From the NCBI RefSeq assembly GCF_002087085.1, contig NZ_MWQY01000005.1, forward strand, positions 124,001-188,000: 64,000 bases of DNA, read 5' to 3'. The position numbers were made by a program, and so were the translations under genes. The notes under the pieces are model-generated. The model searched no databases, was not told the origin of the DNA, and was given only the letters and a program-made list of their open reading frames with translations. Shown piece by piece: positions 40,642-48,920 of the stretch; position 1 is the first letter of the stretch; each line of letters opens with the position of its first letter.

Positions 40642-41109
40642 TTACGAAAAAGATCCGGAGGCTTCGGCGTTGCTGATTTTGATGAAATCCAGGGGCGACA
40701 TTTCTATCTGGAGTCCCCGTTTTCCTCCGCTGAAAAGTATGGTTTCATAGTCGAGTGCCCGGGAATCGACAAAAACCGGAATCCTTCGTTTTTGTCCAAG
40801 AGGGCTTATTCCTCCCAGAATATATCCTGTTACCCGTTCCGCTTCACCCGGATCGGCAAGTTCCATCTTTTTTTCCCCCGCGAGCCTGGCGGCTTTTTTC
40901 AGATCGAGCTGCCGGTCCACCGGGAGCATCCAGGAGGAGTATTCCCCTCCGGCGGATCGGAGAACCAGGGTTTTGAAAACCCTGCCGGGTTCGACCTTCA
41001 GTTTTTCTGCGGCCTCCGGACCAAAGGCGGAAGCCCGGGGATCATGGTCGTATTCCCGGATTGTGAAGATGACACCTGTTTTCTTCAGGCCTTGCAGAGC
41101 GGGCGTCAT
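40642..41109 (-). CDS. ybaK: Cys-tRNA(Pro) deacylase
   Basis: MTPA, YDHDP, VFKTLV, TGYILGGISPLGQK, SGGKRGLQIE. Confidence 0.93.
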   Translation of the reverse strand: MTPALQGLKKTGVIFTIREYDHDPRASAFGPEAAEKLKVEPGRVFKTLVLRSAGGEYSSWMLPVDRQLDLKKAARLAGEKKMELADPGEAERVTGYILGGISPLGQKRRIPVFVDSRALDYETILFSGGKRGLQIEMSPLDFIKISNAEASGSFS

Positions 41110-41375
41110 TGTTCGAGTTCTCCCAGGTCGGGAAGATTGAGTTCTTCTTTGAACTCTCCTTCGATGGGAAGAATACTCTCTGCCTGACTCTTATTCTCAA
41201 AAAAATCAGTATCCACCGGAACATAGGTGTCCACCGGCGTAATCTTACGTGTTTTTTTGTCGAACTCCCAGATTTCCATGATTATTTCGTTTCCGGCAAT
41301 ATGCTTTATTCTGTACAGAGGAACCTTTCGACCGCTGTAGCGTGGAGCATACCATCTTCCTGTTCCAATTTTCAT
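41106..41375 (-). CDS. Small hypothetical protein (start uncertain)
   Basis: ORF coupled to ybaK (ATGA overlap). ATG 41375 avoids overlap with the divergent gene. No known domain recognised. Confidence 0.55.
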   Translation of the reverse strand: MKIGTGRWYAPRYSGRKVPLYRIKHIAGNEIIMEIWEFDKKTRKITPVDTYVPVDTDFFENKSQAESILPIEGEFKEELNLPDLGELEQ

Positions 41376-41400
41376 ACTGTTTATACTATACTCCATAGCC

Positions 41401-42840
41401 ATGATTAAAGCAGTTCCTTTTTTGCTCATATTTCTTGGTACCCTGTTTTCCTGTCTGGGAGACGACCCGGTGACAGTATCCTTTGACGGAACGGAAATTG
41501 ATCCGGAACTGTTTACCCTTCCGGAGGGCTTTGTTTTTCACAGAAACAACAGCCCTTCATACCCCGATCTTCGGTTGTCGGTGCGGGAGACTGTCGGCTC
41601 CGAACAGCCGAGATTCTCCCTCTCCAAAGAATACCTTGTACCCCTGAAGGACAGAAATGATTACCGGGAATCGATGAATCCTGATGAAATTCACAAGGAG
41701 GGGCTTCCTCTTGTTCCGCTTTCCAGTTGGGAATATGCGGGAAGGGGCGTCATGGTAAAGGGACTCAGTCCGGCGGACAGGGAATATCCTCTCGTAAAAT
41801 GGAGGCATCTTGTTCTTGACTGGAATAATCCCCCTGATCCTGTCCTCAGCGATAGAATCGAAAAAGCTTTAACCGAGTACCTTGGAGCCGCCGGACCGGA
41901 TACTTCCCCCGCAATCGTCTGGCTTGGAGCCGTTGGGGACATGATGCTCCAGCGGGGTATAGAGGATATGCTCATCAATCGACCCGACGGGAAGGAGAAG
42001 ACTTTTTCAGACCTTCTGCCCCAGCTGTCCGCTTTTGATCTCCTCATGGGTAACCTGGAGGGAGCTGTAACCCGCAGGGGCAGCAAAACTCCCAAGAGTT
42101 ATAACTTCCGGTTTCGTCCCGAGGTTCTGGCGCCTTTAGGTCAGGCTGGATTTGATTACCTTTCCCTTACCAACAATCACTGTTATGACTACGGTGAGGA
42201 AGGCTTTCTCGATACCCTTGAGTATCTGGAGGAGTATGGGATCAGAACTTCCGGCGCGGCGGAATCCCCTGAGGAAGCCCTTGAGCCGGCGCTTTTTACC
42301 CTGCGGGGCCTGACAGTCCGCATTCTCTCCGTTGGTGCCTATCCGCGGGAGAGAAACGGATTTAACGGCGAAAGCGAGGCCCGGGTTACAGCCGACCGTG
42401 CCGGAATACTCTGGTACGGTAAAGAGGCGCTGTCGGCAATATCCGGATTTTCCGATGATGAGGGAATAGATATTGTCATGGTGCATGGAGGTCATGAGTG
42501 GCAGCGCGTTCCCGATGACGAACAGCGGAGCCGCTACAGATCCATCATCGATGCCGGAGCTGACATTGTGTTCGGATCCCACCCGCACGTACTTCAGGGG
42601 GCCGAGTCGTACAAGGGAGGAGTCATCTATTACTCCCTGGGGAACTTCCTGTTTAACGGAATGGAAGAGATGCCCTATGCGGAGGACTCTCTTGTCGCTT
42701 CCCTGGGAGTCTGTGGCGGAAAAATACTGTATCGGCGGGATATCCCTGTCCGGATAAACGGACCCTCTGTACGGATCGACAAAAGCGGTCGTATAACAGC
42801 TCAGTTCCGGGACCTTTCTGAAGGACTCAGTCTTCCCTAG
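41401..42840 (+). CDS. CapA/PGA_cap-family metallophosphatase-like lipoprotein
   Basis: Lipobox LFSC, VGDMML, GNLEG, LTNNHCYDYG, HGGHE, GSHPHV, YSLGNF. Confidence 0.88.
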   Translation: MIKAVPFLLIFLGTLFSCLGDDPVTVSFDGTEIDPELFTLPEGFVFHRNNSPSYPDLRLSVRETVGSEQPRFSLSKEYLVPLKDRNDYRESMNPDEIHKEGLPLVPLSSWEYAGRGVMVKGLSPADREYPLVKWRHLVLDWNNPPDPVLSDRIEKALTEYLGAAGPDTSPAIVWLGAVGDMMLQRGIEDMLINRPDGKEKTFSDLLPQLSAFDLLMGNLEGAVTRRGSKTPKSYNFRFRPEVLAPLGQAGFDYLSLTNNHCYDYGEEGFLDTLEYLEEYGIRTSGAAESPEEALEPALFTLRGLTVRILSVGAYPRERNGFNGESEARVTADRAGILWYGKEALSAISGFSDDEGIDIVMVHGGHEWQRVPDDEQRSRYRSIIDAGADIVFGSHPHVLQGAESYKGGVIYYSLGNFLFNGMEEMPYAEDSLVASLGVCGGKILYRRDIPVRINGPSVRIDKSGRITAQFRDLSEGLSLP

Positions 42841-42845
42841 TTACT

Positions 42846-44117
42846 TTACTCTTCCCTGGCCCGGCGATTACGCATCGCTGCAATCCGTTCGGTTATCGTG
42901 GGATGGCTGTAGTGAAAAAAACTGTACAGCCGATGGGGAACGGGGTTCGATTTATTGTTCCAGTGCAGCTTCATCAATCCTTCCGCCAGGGGATGATAAT
43001 CTCCGCAGTACTTCTGGGCAAAGGCATCAGCGGCATACTCTCTGCGGCGGGAAAACACGGAAATAACAGGAGACAACCAGAACGTAAGGGGTGAGCTGAA
43101 AAAGAGTGCAATCACCAGCAGGGCGTGAACCGATGAGCTTTGAAAACCAAAAGTCATAAAGAGTTCATTCCAGTTCAGCAGGCAGGCAAACAGTAAGAAG
43201 GTGCAGAACAGAAAAAAAACTGAACCGAGAAGCTGTCGCAGCGTATGGCCCAGTCTGGCATGTCCCAGCTCATGGGCAACTACGGCTTCGATCTGTTCGT
43301 CCGAGAGGCTATCCATAAGGGTATCGAACAGGGCTATACGTTTTGAGGAACCAAATCCGGTAAAGAAGGCATTGGAGTGGGCACTTCGTCGGCTCCCGTC
43401 AATGACCTGGATAGATCTGAAGGTAAAGCCCGTTTTTTCCGCCATGGTCTGTAAACGTTCCTTCAAGGGCCCTTCCTCCAGCGGGCTGAAACGGAAAAAA
43501 AGGGGTGCGATAAGCACGGGAAAGAGAAATGCGATCAGCAGCTGAAAAAAGGCGACAAGAAGAAAACTGTAAACCCACCAGGCTGAACCAAGATTCTGCA
43601 CCAGCCAGATCAGGGACAGAGCGAGGGGCAATCCCAGGACAGCAGAGAGGAGAAGGCCTTTCAGGATATCCTGCAAAAAAATCCCCGCCGTCATCCTGTT
43701 GAAACCGTGCCGTTCTTCGATGATAAAATGTGAACAGGCGCTGACTACCGTGGCGGGAATAGAAAAAACGAGGGCCGTTCCGAACAGTGTTCCAATACCC
43801 CTCAGATACAGGTTTCCGCTGATGCCGATGAAGATGGATTCGATTTTCCCGGGGATTTTCAGGAAAACCAGAAGAAGGATCAGAAGGAAATCCAAGGTCA
43901 GGGTCGAGATTGCGAAGCGTGTGCGATCTTTCGTATATACGAGGGCCTGAGACAGGGCTTCCGGATTCTGCCCTTCCGGTAAGGGTCCTTTTTCAGGGCC
44001 GGAGCTTTCCGCCATGCGTAGATTTCGGAGATTCAGGAATTCAAGAAATACAGAAAAAAGAAACTCAGCAGAAAGAAGACAGAGGTATATACTCAGGATT
44101 GTATGGGTTTGCATCAT
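42846..44117 (-). CDS. M48 family (Ste24-like) membrane zinc metalloprotease
   Basis: EERHGFNR, DGSRRSAHSNAFFTG, HELGH, EYAAD, YSHP. Start moved to 44117 because further upstream lies a terminator. Confidence 0.92.
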   Translation of the reverse strand: MMQTHTILSIYLCLLSAEFLFSVFLEFLNLRNLRMAESSGPEKGPLPEGQNPEALSQALVYTKDRTRFAISTLTLDFLLILLLVFLKIPGKIESIFIGISGNLYLRGIGTLFGTALVFSIPATVVSACSHFIIEERHGFNRMTAGIFLQDILKGLLLSAVLGLPLALSLIWLVQNLGSAWWVYSFLLVAFFQLLIAFLFPVLIAPLFFRFSPLEEGPLKERLQTMAEKTGFTFRSIQVIDGSRRSAHSNAFFTGFGSSKRIALFDTLMDSLSDEQIEAVVAHELGHARLGHTLRQLLGSVFFLFCTFLLFACLLNWNELFMTFGFQSSSVHALLVIALFFSSPLTFWLSPVISVFSRRREYAADAFAQKYCGDYHPLAEGLMKLHWNNKSNPVPHRLYSFFHYSHPTITERIAAMRNRRAREE

Positions 44118-44125
44118 TTCAGGAT

Positions 44126-44158
44126 AAAAAAACAGCATCCCGAAAATCAGGATGCCGC
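44126..44158 (-). terminator. Intrinsic terminator after the small Zn-ribbon gene
   Basis: Minus strand GCGGCATCCTGA-TTT-TCGGGATGCTGT followed by a T-run. Confidence 0.75.
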
Positions 44159-44177
44159 AGTTTTGACGGGTTGAAAA

Positions 44178-44372
44178 TCAGAGAGCCGCTACAGCGTCCT
44201 GAAGCTTATCATGAGCCAGAGCCGCCTTGCACTGTTTGCAGACCATATATTTTTTCTCTTTAAGTTCGACTTCGCTGGTTACCTTGATTCCGGTCCGCTT
44301 ACACAGAGGGCAGGTACCCCTACCGCTTTTTACCTTGTCACGAATACCGCTTCCTCTATTAGCCTTAGACAT
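44178..44372 (-). CDS. Small basic C4 Zn-ribbon protein (ribosomal-protein-like)
   Basis: 64 aa, K/R-rich, CPLC...CKQC. Has its own promoter, AGAGGAG SD and terminator. Confidence 0.85.
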   Translation of the reverse strand: MSKANRGSGIRDKVKSGRGTCPLCKRTGIKVTSEVELKEKKYMVCKQCKAALAHDKLQDAVAAL

Positions 44373-44458
44373 AATCGCTCCTCTTGCCTTGTTTCCTTAT
44401 TTGAAGTATCCCGTTCCCGGGGCTTTATCCAGATATCAGTGTCCGAATACAGCTGTAG

Positions 44459-44487
44459 AGTATAGTTTTCCCCGGGAAAAAAGTCAA
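44459..44487 (-). promoter_or_regulatory. Near-consensus sigma-70 promoter of the Zn-ribbon gene
   Basis: TTGACT-17 bp-TATACT on the minus strand. Confidence 0.8.
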
Positions 44488-45203
44488 TCTGCGGCATCCT
44501 CGGCCGTGTCGAGTTTGAAGACCTTGTAGATCCACGTATTATGTTCGTTTATTGCCTCATACAGGCCGTCTCTGTCGCGGTTTTTCAGGGCTGTAAGCAT
44601 CTTGTCGTGAAAATAGTAGGTGTCCTGGGTATAATCTCTGGACTGCAGATAACTGCCGGGAATATTCTTGATGATCTGACTGACAAGATCATGAATATGG
44701 TAGATGACCGTATTATGAACCGATTCGTACAGAATTTTGTGGAACAGGTGATCCGCCGCCAGAGCCTTTTCCGGATTATCGACGTTCTCCTTGAGTTCCT
44801 GCACCGCCGCCTCCGCTTCGCGGATTTCTTCATCAGTAATTCTTTGAATAATTTTATCCACCAGGGCTGACTCGAATATGGTTCTGGCCTCGATTATTTC
44901 AAACAGGGGTTGAGTGTCGTGGGACAGTACAAGTTCGATGGGTCCCCGTATAAGGTTTCCTGCTTTCTTTGTTACGTAGTAGCCCGAGCCCCGGTGAACC
45001 TCCAGGAGTCCCATGGCTTCGATAGATCGAAGGGCTTCCCGTATTGAGCTTCTCCCAACCTGCAGCTGGTCGGAAAGTTCCTTTTCGGTTGGTAATTTAT
45101 CACCGTCCTCAAGATCGTTCCAGATATACCGGGTAAGCTGTTTCATCAGAGCCTTTTTTAAAGGCTCCTTGGCAATTGGTTCAAGACCATTTTTTTTCAT
45201 CAT
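44484..45203 (-). CDS. GntR family, FadR-subfamily transcriptional regulator
   Basis: wHTH LPTEKELSDQLQVGRSSIREALRSIEAMGLLEVHRGSG; FCD domain ARTIFE...ADHLFH...HN...H. Confidence 0.92.
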   Translation of the reverse strand: MMKKNGLEPIAKEPLKKALMKQLTRYIWNDLEDGDKLPTEKELSDQLQVGRSSIREALRSIEAMGLLEVHRGSGYYVTKKAGNLIRGPIELVLSHDTQPLFEIIEARTIFESALVDKIIQRITDEEIREAEAAVQELKENVDNPEKALAADHLFHKILYESVHNTVIYHIHDLVSQIIKNIPGSYLQSRDYTQDTYYFHDKMLTALKNRDRDGLYEAINEHNTWIYKVFKLDTAEDAAD

Positions 45204-45278
45204 AAAATACAATCCTGGTTTGTCGCGATAATCCTACTACTATTACTATATGTAATCTTATTTTGCAAGAAACAAATA

Positions 45279-45317
45279 TTGACATTCAACATTATCCATA
45301 TTAGTCTGATAGCAGAC
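45279..45317 (+). promoter_or_regulatory. Promoter of the SDR-aldolase-epimerase operon with overlapping putative operator
   Basis: TTGACA (45279)-17 bp-TAGTCT (45302). The inverted repeat GTCTG-ATAG-CAGAC (45304-45317) overlaps the -10/+1 region. Confidence 0.7.
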
Positions 45318-45355
45318 ATCAAGCAAGCTTTTTTTCATAATATATGGAGTTATAT

Positions 45356-46093
45356 ATGCCTCGAACAGTAATTATCAGCGGAGCATCCAAGGGAATAGGA
45401 AAAGAGACAGCCAGGGTGTTCGCCGCTGCGGGAGACCAGGTAGTAGTCTTCGATGTAGACAGGGAAAAGGGCGAAGGGTTCTGCCGGGAAGAAAAAGCCG
45501 CCGGCAGGAAGGTCGATTTTTCTGCCGTCGACATTACCAACACCGAGAATGTCCGCAGTGCTGTAGAAAAAGCGGCAAATCAGTACGGAGGGGTCGATGT
45601 ACTGGTCAACTGTGCCGGTATTCTTGATCTCCACTCCTTTTCCGAGACCACCGAGGAGGTCTGGGACAGGGTGATGGGTATAAACCTTAAGGGGGCCTTC
45701 CTTCTGAGTCAGGCTGTTTTACCCTTTATGTCAAAGAACAAATCAGGAAGAATTATCAATATTGCTTCTTCTGCGGGAAGAACCGGAGGGGTCAAGACGG
45801 GGGTCTCCTACTCTGTTTCAAAAGCAGGTATTATAGGACTGACAAAAACCCTGGCACGCATGGCTGCACCGGACAAGGTTACAGTGAACTGTATAGCCCC
45901 CGGAACAACCAACACCGATATGGCAAGACAGTTCTCCAGCGAAGATACCGAGGCTATTCTCAGGCAGGTACCCCTGCATAGCCTGGTGGAGCCGGAGGAT
46001 ATTGCCCGGGCGGTCTACTTTCTGGCTTCTGATTCTGCAAAGATGATTACCGGTATCTGTCTGGATATTAATGGCGGCATTTACATGGGCTGA
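45356..46093 (+). CDS. Short-chain dehydrogenase/reductase (probably NAD-dependent)
   Basis: SGASKGIG, acidic FD at the end of beta-2, NCAG, YSVSK, VNCIAPG, INGG. Confidence 0.92.
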   Translation: MPRTVIISGASKGIGKETARVFAAAGDQVVVFDVDREKGEGFCREEKAAGRKVDFSAVDITNTENVRSAVEKAANQYGGVDVLVNCAGILDLHSFSETTEEVWDRVMGINLKGAFLLSQAVLPFMSKNKSGRIINIASSAGRTGGVKTGVSYSVSKAGIIGLTKTLARMAAPDKVTVNCIAPGTTNTDMARQFSSEDTEAILRQVPLHSLVEPEDIARAVYFLASDSAKMITGICLDINGGIYMG

Positions 46094-46134
46094 GCCCCGT
46101 ATAAGAATAAATACTTTTATTTTCAGGAGTTTTT

Positions 46135-47178
46135 ATGGCAAATAATCCCTATCTTAAATGGATGGCAGACAACACCCCTACCCAGTGGTGTAATGACTCT
46201 GCAATACTGTCGGATCTTCAATCCGCCCTCGAAGACGGTGCCGTCGGCTGCACCACAAATCCGCCCCTCTCCTTTGAAACCCTGAGTACCCGTCCCGGGG
46301 ACTTTGAAAAAGAGTACAAAAATCTCGATGAATCGGCGAAGTGCAATGACCGGGCTGTCGAAATGATTGGCGTGGTAGTGCGAACCATCGGTTCTATACT
46401 CAAGGATAAGGGTCCCTGGAAGGACGAACAGTTCGGATATGTGAGGGCGCAGGTTCAGCCTGCCCTGGGTAGAGACAAGGACGCCATGCTGGAGATGGGA
46501 AAGAAACTTCGCTCCTTCGGCGACAACGTCATGGTCAAGATACCCTGCACCACTGCCGGAATCTGGACCCTGGAGGAGCTGGCGGCTCTTGGTATTCCCA
46601 CAACGCCGACAGTCTGCCTGACGGTTTCCCAGTTTATCGCTGTTGGCGAGGCCCATGATCGTGGACGGGCCCGGGCTGAAAAGGCGGGAATCAAACCTGC
46701 ACCCTCCACGGCTGCCCTGGTTATGGGGCGGCTTCAGGACTATCTAACTGCGCTGAACGAAATTCGCGGAACCGGGCTCTCCTTCTATGATCTTGAATGT
46801 GCAGCACTGGCTGTCACCAAACGCTGCTACCAGGAGAACGTAAAACGGGGGTTCAATCAGAAACTCATGCCTGCAGCTTTCAGAAGCCCCCGCCAGGTTG
46901 AACAGATGGTTGGCAGTGATGTTGTCATGACCATCCATCCCAAGGTTCAGAAAGCCCTTCTGGAGGCCGAAGGCAAGGGAGAGATAAAACGGGGCAACTT
47001 CATTGATGACCCGGTTGATCAGGCTGCCCTGGACAGGGTTGCAAAGGCACTGCCTGAGTTTACTCTGGCATTAGAACCCGGTGCAATTCCTGTCGGTGAG
47101 TTCGATTTCCACGGAGGGACTGTAATGACCCTGCAGGGATTCGATCTGACGGGCTGGCAGAAGCTCCTTACGCTGTAG
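46135..47178 (+). CDS. Transaldolase/fructose-6-phosphate aldolase family protein (atypical active site)
   Basis: NDS, TTNP, AQV, Schiff-base VKIP, GR, AAFR, MTIHP. Confidence 0.88.
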   Translation: MANNPYLKWMADNTPTQWCNDSAILSDLQSALEDGAVGCTTNPPLSFETLSTRPGDFEKEYKNLDESAKCNDRAVEMIGVVVRTIGSILKDKGPWKDEQFGYVRAQVQPALGRDKDAMLEMGKKLRSFGDNVMVKIPCTTAGIWTLEELAALGIPTTPTVCLTVSQFIAVGEAHDRGRARAEKAGIKPAPSTAALVMGRLQDYLTALNEIRGTGLSFYDLECAALAVTKRCYQENVKRGFNQKLMPAAFRSPRQVEQMVGSDVVMTIHPKVQKALLEAEGKGEIKRGNFIDDPVDQAALDRVAKALPEFTLALEPGAIPVGEFDFHGGTVMTLQGFDLTGWQKLLTL

Positions 47179-47180
47179 TA

Positions 47181-48002
47181 ATGGGTATTCCGTATTTGAG
47201 TCTTGCCGTCTCCGAGGAAAAACTCGGAGACAGTGCTCCCGTTCTGTTTCAGGACGGCATAGTGAATGGTATGCGCTCAGCAAAGGATCTCGGATTCACG
47301 GGGGTGGAGATACATATACGCAACCCCGGAAGCCTGGATGTCGATGCACTGCTTGAGGCGGAAAAGGAGCTTGGAATCAAAATATGCGCGGTAGGAACCG
47401 GCCTTGAATATTCCCTGAACAAGCTGTGCTTTACCTCCGAAGATGCAGGGGTACGCCGGAAAACCGCAGAGCGCTTCAAAGAGCATATCGACCTGGCCCG
47501 GAAGTTGAAAGCATCGGTGTTCATGGGTCTTTGCCGGGGCACCGCGCCGGATTATGGATCGAGACAGACATATCTGGAACGATTCGCAGAGGAAATTCTC
47601 CCGGTTCAGAAATATGCGGATGAGAAACAGGTTATCCTTACACTGGAACCGATCGCTTACTACATGACGAACCTGCTGAATACGGTGGACGAGTGTCTCG
47701 AGTTTATGGACCGCCCGGGATTCGAGAATCTTGAACTCCTGCTGGACTCCCACCATATGTATCTGGAAGACAAGGATATGTACGGCGAGGCCTTTGACAA
47801 GTGCGCAGGAAAAATCGGGCATTTTCATGTATCCGACAGTAATCGCCGTCATCCCGGCGCAGGGAATGTCGATTTCGACCGGATAGCTGTCAAGCTGAAG
47901 GAGATGGGCTATGACCGCCCCGTATCCCTTGAAGTGCTGCCCCAGCCCTCCGGAACAGAGGCTTCACAACGCTGCATGGATTGGATGAAGCGACACTGGT
48001 AA
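47181..48002 (+). CDS. Xylose-isomerase-like TIM-barrel ketose epimerase (IolO/TM0416-like)
   Basis: GFTGVEIHIRNP, CAVGTG, GLCRG, metal ligands in LEP / DSHHM / HFHVSDSNR / SLEVLP. Confidence 0.85.
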   Translation: MGIPYLSLAVSEEKLGDSAPVLFQDGIVNGMRSAKDLGFTGVEIHIRNPGSLDVDALLEAEKELGIKICAVGTGLEYSLNKLCFTSEDAGVRRKTAERFKEHIDLARKLKASVFMGLCRGTAPDYGSRQTYLERFAEEILPVQKYADEKQVILTLEPIAYYMTNLLNTVDECLEFMDRPGFENLELLLDSHHMYLEDKDMYGEAFDKCAGKIGHFHVSDSNRRHPGAGNVDFDRIAVKLKEMGYDRPVSLEVLPQPSGTEASQRCMDWMKRHW

Positions 48003-48014
48003 AACAGACCTATG

Positions 48015-48059
48015 AAAAAAAGGGGCTGCCCGAGAGAAATCTCCCGGCAGCCCTTTTTT
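48015..48059. terminator. Bidirectional intrinsic terminator between convergent operons
   Basis: A-run, GGGCTGCC...GGCAGCCC stem, T-run. Confidence 0.85.
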
Positions 48060-48060
48060 A

Positions 48061-48858
48061 TCAGGTCGAGGCCTTGTCGATAGGCCATGGGGTGCAGGCG
48101 GATAATCCGCCGTCGATGTAAACAGTCTGTCCGGTAATGAAGGAAGAGGCCTCGGAAGCGAGGAACACCACGGTTCCAATCATATCTTCCACCTCGCCGA
48201 ACCGCCGTAAAGGAGTATGTTCCATGGCCCAGTCCTTCATGACCGGTTGTGACCAGAGGGAGCGGTTGAAATCGGTAAGGATGAAACCGGGCCCGATTCC
48301 GTTTACCCGTATCCCGTATTCACCCCATTCCGATGCAAGGGCTTTGATCATTCCGTGCATCCCGAATTTGCTGATCACATAGGGCATTACCCTGGTCAGG
48401 GGCGCAAAGGTGTTGTAGGACTCCACGTGAACCTGGGACCCGCTCTTCTGGGCTATCATCACCTTGCCGACCTCCTGGGCCATGAAAAAGGCACCGCGGA
48501 TGTCGACATTCGTGACATAATCGAACTCATCCGGAGTGTAATCTTCCGCCGGCTTTCTGATTGTCAATCCGGCCACATTCAGGAGAATATCAATTCTGCC
48601 ATATTTTTCTTTTATTGCAGCTACAGTTTCCCGTATGTTTTCAACATTGGCCACATCGCACACATAGGTATCCGCCCGGGCTCCTGTTTCCCCGGTTATT
48701 TTGTCCGCGGCTTCCTTGAGGGTATCCCCTTTCCGACCGGTGATAATCACCTTTGCCCCTCGTTGCGCGAATCCTTTTGCCAGCTCGAAGCCGATGCCGC
48801 GGCTGGCACCGGAAACAAGGGTTACCTTCCCGTCCACGGAAAAAAGCTTGTCCTTCAT
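48061..48858 (-). CDS. SDR, gluconate 5-dehydrogenase/KduD-like
   Basis: LFSVDGKVTLVSGASRGIG, NVAG, YVISK, VNGIGPGF, TPLRRFG, DGG. Start 48858 after AAGGAG. Confidence 0.88.
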   Translation of the reverse strand: MKDKLFSVDGKVTLVSGASRGIGFELAKGFAQRGAKVIITGRKGDTLKEAADKITGETGARADTYVCDVANVENIRETVAAIKEKYGRIDILLNVAGLTIRKPAEDYTPDEFDYVTNVDIRGAFFMAQEVGKVMIAQKSGSQVHVESYNTFAPLTRVMPYVISKFGMHGMIKALASEWGEYGIRVNGIGPGFILTDFNRSLWSQPVMKDWAMEHTPLRRFGEVEDMIGTVVFLASEASSFITGQTVYIDGGLSACTPWPIDKAST

Positions 48859-48920
48859 TGCCTGAATCTCCTTGAAAGAATGCACTGAAATGCATAATGG
48901 ATTATTTGTTTTTACTTCGG

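Noticed and set aside
45356..46093. Calling the SDR fabG
   Set aside because: No fatty-acid synthesis context, and the acidic residue after beta-2 suggests NAD use.
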